Assembly (NCBI GenBank): GCA_028534125.1
Contig: CM052818.1
Span: 45,820,001-45,884,000 of the forward strand
Direction: 5' to 3'
From: Lama glama
Taxonomy: Eukaryota
Length of the DNA: 64,000 bases
Positions 1 through 11,318 of the stretch are shown piece by piece (the first letter of the stretch is position 1; each line of letters opens with the position of its first letter). Both the position numbers and the translations under genes were made by a program. Under the pieces are notes generated by a model. It was not told where the DNA came from. It worked only from the letters and a program-made list of their open reading frames with translations, and made no database searches.

Positions 1-344
1 GGGGAGCAGGAGCAGGGCTGCAGGGGACAGAGGGCGGGTCTGGACCCGGCCTGGTGGCTTCCAGCTTAGCTGAGGGGTGATAGGCATCAGCTAGGGAAAG
101 GGGAAGGGGCCAGTGCTGGGAGGGTGCCGGGGCCAGGTGAGCAGCAGGGGCAGGGCCCCGGGGCTGCAGGACTGCTGGAGCAGGTCGGGGAAGGAGGCCC
201 ACGTCCATGGGGACCTGGCCGGTGGCCTCTGTCTTACTGGGACACAGCTTGCTGTCAGCTCTGGGTGCAGGTGGACTGGAGCTGTGGAGAAGGGAAGAAA
301 TTGTTTTCAGATGGTAAATTGACCCAGGTAATCGTTACAATTAA

Positions 345-740
345 AAACCTTAATTGAGGTCTAATTTATAACATAATAAACCACATCTCTTCAAAGTGTA
401 CGGTTTTGATCAGTTTTGACTTTGCATTCACCCATAAACCTACGGTCACAATCAAGAAAACAAACATCTCCATCACCCCCAAAGGTCCCTTGTGCCCCTC
501 TGTGACCCCCCACTCTCCCTGGCCCCACCCCAACCAGGCGTCACTGACTTTCCTGTCACTGGGGATTACTAGGCATGTTCTGGCTTTATGGGAATGAGGT
601 CACATCGTATGCATTTCTTTTCTGGAGGGAGGGCTGGTTTCTTTAACTTGGCATAATTTTTTTGAGATTTATCCATGTTTCCGGATGTGTCCATAGCTCT
701 TTCTTTTTACTTCAGAGTGGTGTAGTATCCCACTGTGTTC
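345..740 (-). mobile_element. Ancient L1M 3' UTR fragment
   Basis: ttaattgaggt..aattta..acataataaa..aagtgtac; ttttgagatttatccatgtt. Confidence 0.65.
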
Positions 741-759
741 TTCAGCTCCGAGGGGGCGT

Positions 760-1700
760 TGAAAACTAAAAACCCAGCAAACATCACAGGGGCCGGAGAG
801 GAGTTGGAGCTCCTTCGAGGCCCCTTTCCCAGAGAACAGTTATTACTCGGCCTGCCTGGTGGCTCCCTGGAAGACCCTGCTTGCAAGGCTGTCTTTATTT
901 GACCCAACTCAGCCCACCCAGTGCAAAAAAACCTTTTCCCCAAGGGTACTTGTCAAGAATAGCTGGAAGAAATTATCCAATTTCATAGCTGCTTCAGGGG
1001 GTGGATAACAGCTGGGCAGACAAAGGCCAACTAAGAGACTTAAGAGGAAAAACTGGGCTGTGACAAGGCATAGGTGCTTTGAAAGGCTCTGACACGCTCC
1101 CGGGAGCCTGAAAGGCCATGCACAGTCTAGGGCTATGTGCACACTTGGGCAAGACCTGACGGGGCCCCGAGCTGTCATCTCGGGCTGAGCTGGAGGCCAG
1201 GCCAGCAGGAGGTGAGGGCTAGGGCAGAGCTGTGAGCAGCCTGGCTGAGCAAGGACACTACGCCCCAGCACCTCCATGGAGCCCCTCTGCAAAGACCAGG
1301 AGATTCACTGGTTCCAGATGTTTCAGGAAACCTGACCACCAGTCAAGCACTAAGCTAACTGAGCAGAGATTTGTGTCCACACTAACATGCAACGTCGACT
1401 CTACAGCATTAGTTTAGAAAAATCACTGAACTAACCAATAACAGATCGTGGGGAATGAGAAGAGTCAGATTTCCAGAGTAGCCACATTACATTATCAAGT
1501 TTCAGCCTCAACAAAAAAATCACAAGACATGCAAAGAAAAAAGTGTGGCTCATATTCAGATCAAAAAACAAATCGATAGAAACTGTCCCCGAGGAATCCT
1601 AGATATTGAACTTAATAGACAGAGATTTAAATCAGTAATTTGAAATATATTCACAGATTTACAGGAAATCAGCCTAAAGAACTAAAAGCTTGAGGATGGT
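760..1700 (+). mobile_element. Ancient L1M 5' end / ORF1 start fragment
   Basis: aaaatcacaagacatgcaaagaaa ... atagaaactgtccccgaggaa..cctagatattgaactta resembles L1M 5' consensus. Confidence 0.6.
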
Positions 1701-2839
1701 GTCTCACCGGACAGCACCCCTGGGTGCTGGGGGCTGGCCTGGAGCTGCCTGCATGTCTTCCCCGCTCGCACCCTCTGAGAGCTGCCCGGAGATGGAAAGC
1801 AGGGCTAGGGGCACAGATGCCCCTAAGCGCCCCCACCCAACCCGGAGGGAGCGGGAAGGGAAGCAGCTGGATGAGACCGAGGGGGCCGTCCTGCCCTCTT
1901 CTATTGAGCTGGGCATCCCCGGCTTGGAGGACAGACTGCACAAGAAGAAACATGGGAAAAGAGGAGTCAGCTCTTGGGAGCAAAGTGGAAACTGAAAGTG
2001 ACAGGCCGTCTTCAGACAGCTGACGCCACGCGGCCCTGGGGAGGGCCGGGGGATGGCCGGCTCTGTCGGCTGCTGTGTGCTGTGGGGCAGGCGGTTGAGC
2101 CTCTCTGAACCCGTTTGCTACTTTGTGAAGTGGAGATGATGACCCCTGCCCTCCCACCTCGAGAATCAAAGGCAGAACCGACTCTAAGGGCAGATTCCTC
2201 CTCTCCCTCGGCTTCTCCCCCAGGGCCCTCCTGGAGAGGAGCTACTGTCCCGGGGGCATGTCCACCCTCCCGCCTGCGCGGCCCCCAGGGCTTTTGCTTG
2301 CTCTTATCACAGCCCGCATGCAGAGGTGGAGCGTGGGTGCCTGGTATCGGGGCCATCCGAGCCAGCAGCCAGGCTCACTTGTGCTCCACCTGCAGTGACG
2401 GAGCAAGGAGGCCACTGCCTCACTGTGGTCCAGCAGGACGTGGATGTGGGAGAGTGAGGCCAGGGGACAGTCCGAATGCTGGGGGCCGGGGAACTGCAGC
2501 AGAGACTGCTGACTGCCTCAGCTTGCAGGAGGCCGGGAGGGCTGTGTCCACCTGGACCACCCTACCTGCATGGCTGAGCCCGAGATCTGGGCAGACAGGC
2601 CACCCAGCGTGCCCACCTTGGGATAGGGTCACCTCCAGACACCACCCAGGAATGGGTAGCCAGGATAGGCACCTCGTGCACCCCCAAAGGAGTACTCTTT
2701 GTTCTTGGCTTTAGATGCACAGTTGGGAGTGGAAGGCAGGCTGGGTTCTGGCCGGCATGCAGCCCATTCTCGGCACCTCAGACCTGAAGGAGAGCAAGTC
2801 TGTGCATTTGTGTGGGAACAAAATTTATGAGTATTAGGA

Positions 2840-4180
2840 CTCTTTTTTTTTTTTAGAGTGGTTTTAGGTTTACAGCAAAATAGAGAGGGAAGAACAGAGA
2901 TTTCCGCCTCACCCCTACCCCTCTCCACACACACATGCATGGCCTCCGCATTAGCGACATCCCTCACCAGGTTGGGACGTTGGTCACCACTGATGAGCCT
3001 CTATGCTACGTCGTCATCACCCACAGTCCACAGTTGATGTTCGGGGTCACTGGTGTTGCACATTCCATGGGCTTGGACAACCATATAATGTCAACATGTA
3101 TCCACCACACAGTGAAAATATTCACTTCACTGTCCTAAAAATCCTGTTTTCTACCCATTCACCCCTCCCCCATGAACCCTGGCCACCACTGATCTTTTTA
3201 CTGCCCCCATTGTTTTGCTCTTTCCAGAATGTCATATGGGTGAAATCATACACCTTTTCAGACTGAAATCTTTCAGTTAGTAATATGACTTTGATGTCTT
3301 TTCATGGCTTTGCAGCTCATTTTTTTCCAGCTCTGAATTGTACTTCATGGTCCAGATGGACCACAGTTGATTTACCCATTCACCCAGGTGAAGGACGTCT
3401 GGTTGCTCCCAAGTTTTGACAATTACGAATAGAGCTGCTATAAACATCCATGTGCAGGTTTTTGTGTGGACATAAATGTTCAGCTCCATTGGGTAAATAC
3501 CCAGGAGCATAATTGCTGGATCACATATATGGTAAGAGTGTGATTTTTTAGGCAACTGCCAGACTGTCTTCCAAAGCGGCCAGAACATTTTGCATCCCCA
3601 CCAGCAATATCTAGGAGTTCCTGGTGCTCCACATCCTCACCGGCTTTTGGTGCCGTCAGTGTGGTGAATTTTGCCCACTCTGATGGGTGTGTGGTGGTGT
3701 GATGTGGTTGTTTTAATTTGCATTTCCTTGATGATGGATGCTGTCGGACATCTTTTGATGTGCTTATTTACCACCTGTGTGTCTTCTTTGGCGAGGTGTC
3801 TGTTAAGGTCTGGGGCCTATTTTTTAATTGGGTAGTTTGTTTTCTTATTATTGAGGTTTAAAAGTTCTTTGTGTATTTTGGATAGCAGTCCTTTAGCAGA
3901 TGTGTTGTTTTTTTTTTTTGCAAATATTTTCTCCCAGTCTGTAGCTTGTCTTCTTTGGTCTTTCACGGAGTTGTAGTGTTTAATTTCAAAGTAATCCAGC
4001 TTGTCAGTTGCTTCTTTCATGGCTCATGCCTTTGGTGTTGTAGCTAAAACTTCATTGTCATACCCAAGGTCACCTGGGTTTTCTCCCATGTTATTGTCTA
4101 GGAATTTTACTGTGTTGTATTTTAAATTTAGGCCTGTGATCCGCTTGGAGCTAATTTTTGTGAAGGCTTTAAGTCTAGAC
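2840..4180 (-). mobile_element. Old L1 (L1MB/L1MC-like) ORF2 3' part and 3' UTR
   Basis: ORF 3277..3588 (PLWKTVWQ..DPAI.LLGIYP..KTCTWMFIAALFVI.K.W.QP) and ORF 3817..4020 (RQATDWEKIFA) are degenerate ORF2. Confidence 0.88.
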
Positions 4181-4469
4181 TCATTTTAGGGGAAAGCTTC
4201 TGTATCCATTTCAGTGGAGAAAATGTGAACTACATGCAGCTCTTTCCTGCCCTTCTGGAAGGTGGCCCAGGCAGCGCACTCTGCGTAATAAACTCCCTGG
4301 TGAGTTTTAAATTTTGGGGACCAGAAGGGATCCTGCCTCATCCCTGCAGAGAGTTTACAGGGAGAGGCCTCTGTTCTGGCCTAGATAACAGCCCAGCTAG
4401 AACCCTCAAGCATTTTCTCTTTCCATAATTTCCCTGGGCAGTGGTTGAGGTCTTGACTTACAGGAAAGT

Positions 4470-4547
4470 AGGAAGGAAGGAAGGAAGGAAGGGGGGGGGA
4501 GGGAAGGAAGAAGAAAAAGGAGGAAAGAAAAGAAGGAAGAAGGAAAG
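4470..4547. repeat. Pure polypurine tract including (GGAA)5 and G9
   Basis: Read directly. Confidence 0.9.
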
Positions 4548-6299
4548 CCCTCAAAGGGAATAAGGAGTAAAAAACAACTATCCTGCACTATTTTAATCTT
4601 TATCGTCTACGACTTTCCTAAGAATTAAGTGTGTACTTTTTCCGTGAGGTCATGCGACAAGAGGAGAGATGATCAGATGTGACTGTAACCTGCTGTCCAG
4701 CCTCAGGAGGCCCCTGATCGCAGGGGCTGGTGCGCACTGGTGTGTGAGGCAGTTCTTTTGGGCTTTTGACTTGATTTTCTATAAAGATTAACAGGAGAAC
4801 CATGTATGGAAAGGAACAGAAGCCAGAAGGAAAAATTCACCCAGATCCTTGAAATTATCTTCCTCCAAGTACACGATGAAACCTGAGCACAGGTGTATGC
4901 TGGTTGGAATCATTGCTGGGAAAACAAGTCAAATTTTCTTTCCTAATCACTGCAAGAAAAGCCACCCACTGCCAGGTGTGTCACCCTCCTAAAAGCTGCA
5001 GGGCCTCCCTCAGTGTTTTACACTTGGAGGAGAGTGTGGTCAAATTCCTCCGCAGCGGTAGCCTACAAGAGGATAGTCAAGAAAGAACAGTCAGGGTCAC
5101 AAAGGCCAGCGATATTCCAGGGGCTGCCAATGATTCATTCATCTTACAACACTGGACTGATTGATCCAGTCATTCAGTGAAAATGCATTGCTTGTGGCAG
5201 CCTTCAGGGTCTCAGCAGGAATCAGATGACATGCTCAAAACAGTAGAATTCAAAGAGAGATTATAAAGGGACGATTTACCAAGATGGAATGCAGGGGGTC
5301 CTGAAGGGATCATCTGTGACCACCAGCGAGGTCCACTGGCCCCTGAAGGGACAAGGAGGTGGTTTCATTACCGGAGGGAAAGAGCGCGCGGAGGAGACCA
5401 CCTTGAGAGGATCAGCCTGCTTGCAGTGGCTGGTGGGGGAGCCTGGAGTCAGTCCCTGACCTCACTGTTCCTCCTCTCAGCTCCCCGCTCCAGCCGAAAA
5501 GGCTGCTGTGGTCCCCACAGGTGCGCCCCCCGGAGGAGAGCTGGGTGAAGGGCGGAGTGAGAGTCTGGAGTGGCTGATGCAAGATACCCGTCCGCCCCGG
5601 TGTCTACAGGGGCCAGCCACTTCTGTAGGCACTGGGGACTCGTCAGTGAGCAATCAGAACCCTCGTTCTGGTGGAGAGAACATTCTAGCAAGGGGGGTAA
5701 ACAATAAACAATAAAAAAATAAGCAAAATAATGAAGTAAAACCTATGGCAGGTAGGAAAGTGATAAGTGCTATAGGAAAAAACCGAGAGGTTAAGGAGGC
5801 CTGGGGGCACGGGCCGGGGGTTGAAGGGCAACTGAGAGCATGGAATCCAGAACCAGGCTGGGTCACCCTTCAGCTTCTGAGTTAGGAAAGCAGTACATTT
5901 TCCTTATTGTTTCACCAGCTTGAAGAGTTCTGACACTTGCAACCAAAACCTTGCAGCTGACATACCAAAGTAATTTAGAAGCTTGTCTTTAATGTCAAAT
6001 GTCCTTGAGAGAGAAAAGAAGAGCCTTTAGGTCATCAGTAACCTAGGAAAGAGCGTTTGCAGCTGACACAGCATGTGATGGTGGAAAGAAATGGAGGTTT
6101 GGAGTTGAACGTACTGCTGTCCCTTTCTAGAAGCATGAGCTCCTGGACCTCACTTGTGAAATGCGGTGATAGCCCCCCGTTTTACTGATGCTGTGAGGAT
6201 TAAAGGAGATCGTCAGGCATCTGGCACAGGGTTCACCAGATGGTGTGGTAGGAACAGAAGTCAGGCTGCACTGGGCTGAAGTGCCAAAGAAGTGAGGAA

Positions 6300-6960
6300 A
6301 TGAGACAATGAACAGATTATCCTTCCAGGGACGTAAACACATAGAAAATGAAGAACACACACCCACCGAACATGAAGTTATGCTCCACTGCATTCAAATC
6401 ATGCAAATCAAAGCAGTAAGATGACAGGAAACATGCGTGCTCAGTGGGTAGGAGTGTAATCGGTTCGCTTCGGATGGCAATTTTACAGTATCTACAAAAT
6501 ATTTACGGAACCTAGTCCCTGACTCAGGATTCTTCGGCTCAGAGCTCACCCTATGATTCCATTTTACAAGCTTGTAAGGACATACGTGCCAGCAGGTTCT
6601 CTGCAGCAATGCTTGTACTGGCAAAACTTAGCCTACATCTCCATCACGGGCACCTGCATGGTTAGATCATGGTATTCATGTGATGGAATACAGTGCAGTC
6701 ACTACAAAGAGCACACGTCTGAAGAATAGTGGCAAATGACAACATTTGCAAAACATAGTATGACCCTCATAGGATGTGTGAGTTGCATAAAGGACTCCCC
6801 TGCGGCTTTGGAGAGATTGTCGATAGTTATCCCTGGGGTGTGTGATGGAGGTGGCAGGAAATTTATCCCTTAGAGACCCTTCCATGGAGCTTTAACATTC
6901 ATTACAACGATTTATGTTTTTTTCTTAGCATGTATTACATTTATACATTTAAAAAAAAAT
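6300..6960 (+). mobile_element. Ancient L1ME-like fragment
   Basis: Degenerate ORF2 end/3' UTR (atgcaaatcaaagcagtaagatgac; tggaatacagtgcagtcact). Confidence 0.55.
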
Positions 6961-8384
6961 TGGCTAAGAAATTTTAAGGGGGTGACAGCTAAAGGCATTC
7001 AGGACCAAGGGTGTGAAGGCACCTGAACAGAGAAGAAACAAGTCTGGGTGCGTGTCGTTACCCCACACCCGGCGTGATGCTCTCAGGGGAGGCAGAGGGT
7101 GTGGGTCCGAGGCCTGACTACACCACCTCCCAGCCTGTATTTGCTATATGCTGGTAGCCAGCATTTGCAGGTGGGAGGCAAATACTGCTAATAACAGATG
7201 ATACAAATGCCTCCTTCACAGGGTGAACAGGGGGACAGGAATTTTCAAGAACACAATTTAGGGTCCCTACTGGGCACGCCCAGCTCTCCTGCCTTGTCCT
7301 GTGACCCTTCCCCACGGTGTCCTGCCGGCCCCTGAGACTACTTGCTCTGCTGCCCTGTCTCAGGCTTTGCTGTCCTGACTGCTGCTCGGCTGAACAGACA
7401 GGTCCCGCTCTGTCGCTACTGGTCCAGGTCCAGCCACACTCCTCTCTAAGCGTCTAACTTCTAAACCATCTCCCTGCTGATGTCTGGCCAGTAATGGGAC
7501 TAGTTAAGGGCACCAGCTTGTCACTTAGTCACTGATAATCCCTTACTGAGCACCCGCCACATGACTAGCACCGGGCAGGGTCCCAGTGATCCAGGGAGAC
7601 GAGGCTGAGGAGGGCGGGCTGGGTCTGATCACCACGCGCAGTGGGGAGAGTGGGACCGGGACCATCCACCAGGGCAGAGCCAAGTCTTGAGGCAAAAGAA
7701 CGAGCTGAGTGACAAAGGGAGGAAGAAATGCAGGCTGTGGGGAGGCAGGGAGTGTGAGGGGAGCTGGGCAGCGGCATCCAGCGCAGGCCCCACCCCACAG
7801 GCTCTGGAAATGCAGGGGGACCCGGAGGGAGACTGCCCCCAGGCCTTTCAACTTGTGGCCCAAGGATTAGAACAAAGGTGCACAGATGTTGCAGGAAATC
7901 TATCAGGGAGTCTGCTTCATTAGTGTGATCGTGTGTGCATCAGAAGTGTATTTTTAGTGTCCATCCACCACATTTACCTGGGTTACCTGAATAGGCTCAC
8001 AATAGCCGTTTGATTCAGAAATTCTGATGAATGGAAACATTACTGGTAGATTTTAAGCCAAACATTTTCTGTCAAGCTTTTAGTTTTAAAAACTAAAAAC
8101 ATGAAGATTTTAGGTCTGAAAGCATTTACCTTAAGCTTTACTGGTTAAATTCTGGCAGTAGTTAAAAAATTATTCAGGGCCCCCTCAGTTAACAATGACT
8201 TGGATCATTTTGGACCCCTCTAAGGAAAAATTAAGAGGAAGGAAGAGATCTGTGTATACCTGTTGGGAAATAAGGAGAAAATGCTAAGGTGATTCTTTTC
8301 AGCTGTATGATTTTAAGATCTCAGATTTTGCTTTACTTACTAATGAAAGGATAAAGTCAAACTGAGTAACAGGAAATGACATAT

Positions 8385-9933
8385 TATGAAATAGACATAA
8401 AAAATTTAATCCCTTTGGTTTAAAATACATCTTCAATTATACAATTAAAAACAAACAAGTCAAAATCGATTTCATAAAACAAAATATAAAATATTGTTAT
8501 ATGACCCATGTCCCCTAATATCTTATCTTAGAAAACCAGCAATTTAACATACTTCATTAGAATATTTTAATAAGAATGTAAATTATCAATCCTACTCATA
8601 CAAATAACCTATGCTACCTCCCTGAACCTAAAGATACCTGCGATTTTACTTGTAACAAAATTACATTTTAGTATTTTTATATATTTAAACATGTGTACAA
8701 AATGTTCCCCTGCCATAGTAATATAGTCTCATAAATTCATGAATGCTGTCTAGAATTGTGAGCATACAAGAAAACCAAAGCCTGAAGGCTATGAAACATG
8801 ACAGAATAGAAATTACTTCTTAACACAGGAAGATTAGGAAGAACTCCATTGTGAGTTCTACCACCCAGTCCACAGTAATCACAGCACGGGCTGAAATTGC
8901 CGTGTTCATCCCCTCTGTTGGGTGCACCTGACTGATACTGGCACACGCAGCAGATGTGCGCTACAGTAGTGTTTTTTCTCTTGCCTTCATTTGTTAAACG
9001 GTGCATCCAAATAACAACATTCTCAAGAGCGAACACAATCTCTGTTGTTTGAGAAGGTTTCTGCTATGCCACGGAATGACTGCTGTGTTTGGGAAAACAC
9101 AGACAAAGCCTTTCAGCGGGTTCCACTAAGCGCAGTATTCCATCCGCTTGGTACAGCTGACCACAAATAACCTCTCATCTCAAGAAAGTCTTTAAGGTAG
9201 ACGTCACCACATCTCGTCACTCTATGTACACAGACACCACATGTATATATTATCTATTTATATAAGACAGGTATGTACACATTTACAGACTCAGGCCTTC
9301 AACATCTATTGCACTTAGACACACGCAGCTGCAGCCTGACGGAGGCACAGTGTGACCAGGTCAGTTCTTCATGAGACAGGCAGTTGATATGTTCAAGAAC
9401 GTTGCCAAAGAGGATTTTGGTAACATATCCTATTGGAGTAAACACTTCCTGGGGGATGAGAGGCCGAGGGGGAAAGGGTACACCCCGTCCTCCTGGGGCG
9501 CCACGCCCACAACCTGAGGCAGTCAGAGTCACACAGAGCCGAGCCTGGTGCCTTTTCTGACTCACACTAGTGAGCAGGCCCACTGGTGCGGAAGAGACAA
9601 TATTTTGTAAGTAATGTAGCAGATATCCTAAAGGTTCCCAGAGAATCTAATATATCTTGGAGAAAACTTTTCACTTGTAATCCTAAGTATTTATATCAGA
9701 AAATTCAGACAGCATGGTATATGATTTCTCTGTCATCTGAAAAACGCCAACGCAATACAGTCAATGCTATCTCCAAGCCAAATGCAGTGCCATCTCCATC
9801 TTGAAAGGAATCCCTTCCACTGACATCCACCCACGTCTGGAAGGCGGCTGACTGGTGAACCTGTGGCTTGCCGAACCAAAAGACCAGGTGCCACCCTCAC
9901 TGCGCTTGCTGGGAGCTGTGGGTCACTGTGCCC
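8385..9933 (-). other. GRHL1: GRHL1 3' UTR (~1.55 kb)
   Basis: Stretch after the stop with no recognisable repeats, increasingly AT-rich, ending at a poly(A) signal with U/GU-rich downstream sequence. Confidence 0.75.
8405..8410 (-). terminator. Probable polyadenylation signal ATTAAA
   Basis: Plus-strand tttaat; minus strand reads ATTAAAttttttatgtctatttcataatatgtcatttcctgtt. Confidence 0.6.
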
Positions 9934-10048
9934 TCAGATCTCGGTGAGGGTGAGCTTGTACGACCCCCCGGCTTCCTCGATCTGCAGCTGGAAGGTATCT
10001 TCATTGGAGTAATGCTTTACAATGTTGTCGTCCATGTTCACCAGAATC
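9934..10048 (-). CDS. GRHL1: GRHL1 exon 16 coding part ([37 protein letters not shown])
   Basis: tcttccag|GATTCTG ... GAGATCTGA; 115 nt including stop. Confidence 0.97.
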
Positions 10049-10084
10049 CTGGAAGACGGGAGACAAGACATATCCACTCACTCC

Positions 10085-10290
10085 TGCCTGCTCTGGAGTC
10101 AGACCTAGATGTCACAGTTTGCTCTGCCACTTACTAGCAATGACATGTGAGGTAGATTATTTAAATCTCCCTATGCCTCAATTTCCTCATCTATGAAATG
10201 GGTATAATAATAGTGCCTACCTTATAAGATTGTTATTGGGATTAAATGAGGGACTCGAGCAAAGCACTGATAACGCACAGAGCAGGTGAC
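10085..10290 (+). mobile_element. MIR SINE in intron 15
   Basis: ctctgccacttactagc ... gcctcaatttcctcatctatgaaatgggtataataatagtgcctacct. Confidence 0.85.
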
Positions 10291-10699
10291 AAACAAAACA
10301 CACTGTCTTAGTTCTCGTTTCAGCATGGACTGATCCCTCAACAGACAGTATCTGTTACAGGGAACAAGCCTACAGAAGGAGCACTTCATCGGTCCAGCTT
10401 TAGAAAGCACATCAGTTAAATTAATCTAGTGATCTAAAGCCACAGCTCCCTGGCAGATTCTCCTCCCTGGCAAGTTACCTCAAAGTTTAGCTGAACTACC
10501 TTCAAGTCCAACCCTTCCCACTAGGCCCATTATGAAAATTTCACTTGTTTTAGAATTAAGCCAAAAGATCCTTACACTGTACCCTGCTTACCCAGGCCAA
10601 ACAGCACAGGCACTGAAATCCAAAAGGACTAAAACTATTCATTTCTGGACAAAGGAGCAACATCCTACGACTACACACATGACCCAGGGTGGAGTGGAA

Positions 10700-10925
10700 G
10701 GAGCAGAGGCTTCGCAGTCGGTCAGAACAGATCTGGAGTCACGGCCTTGGCACTAATTTGCGACCTGACCTTGGACAAGCCTCCCAGGCTCTCCGTGCCT
10801 CGGCTGCCTCACCCAGGAGCGGTGAGCAGTGCCCACTGTCCTGGCGTAACATGGAAATTAAGGACCACGCTAAGCGCCCAGTCCAGCGCCTGGCTGCCGA
10901 CGGGGGCTCCGGCAAGGGGGCAGGG
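10700..10925 (+). mobile_element. Highly GC-shifted MIR
   Basis: tgaccttggacaagc..ctctccgtgcctcggctgcctca ... taagcgccca..ccagcgcctggc aligns to the MIR core. Confidence 0.6.
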
Positions 10926-11253
10926 ACGGCTGCCGTCCTGAGTGGACCTCATCACGCGCTCTGGGATTTGCAGTCACTGCGCTGCTGCCGAGCATGGGAA
11001 GGACAAGTACAAGTTCCACTTGAAAACAATCCACAAAGATGTCCTAGAAAGGGACATCAACTTCATGTGGATAATTTAATAAGGAAAAAATACACTCTTG
11101 TACTGATGTTTCTATAACTGGTCCTTGACTGGGCACAAATGCAAATGAATCACTTGAATGTTATATAATATTTGAAAACAAAATTTTTTTTTTTAGAATG
11201 TTATATAATATTAATGTTACTTAGAGTTACTGAGAATGCTGGTCAATGCTCAC

Positions 11254-11318
11254 CCTTTTTTACACTTCTTGAATATTTTCCCAATCTTGTCTTGAGGAAC
11301 ATCGTATTTGTCTGAGAT
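11254..11318 (-). CDS. GRHL1: GRHL1 exon 15 (ISDKYDVPQDKIGKIFKKCKK-G)
   Basis: ctcttttag|ATCTCA ... AAGGG|gtgagc; 65 nt. Confidence 0.96.

Noticed and set aside
3277..4020. ORFs resembling L1 ORF2 protein
   Set aside because: Fragmented L1 ORF2 remnants with stops and frameshifts.
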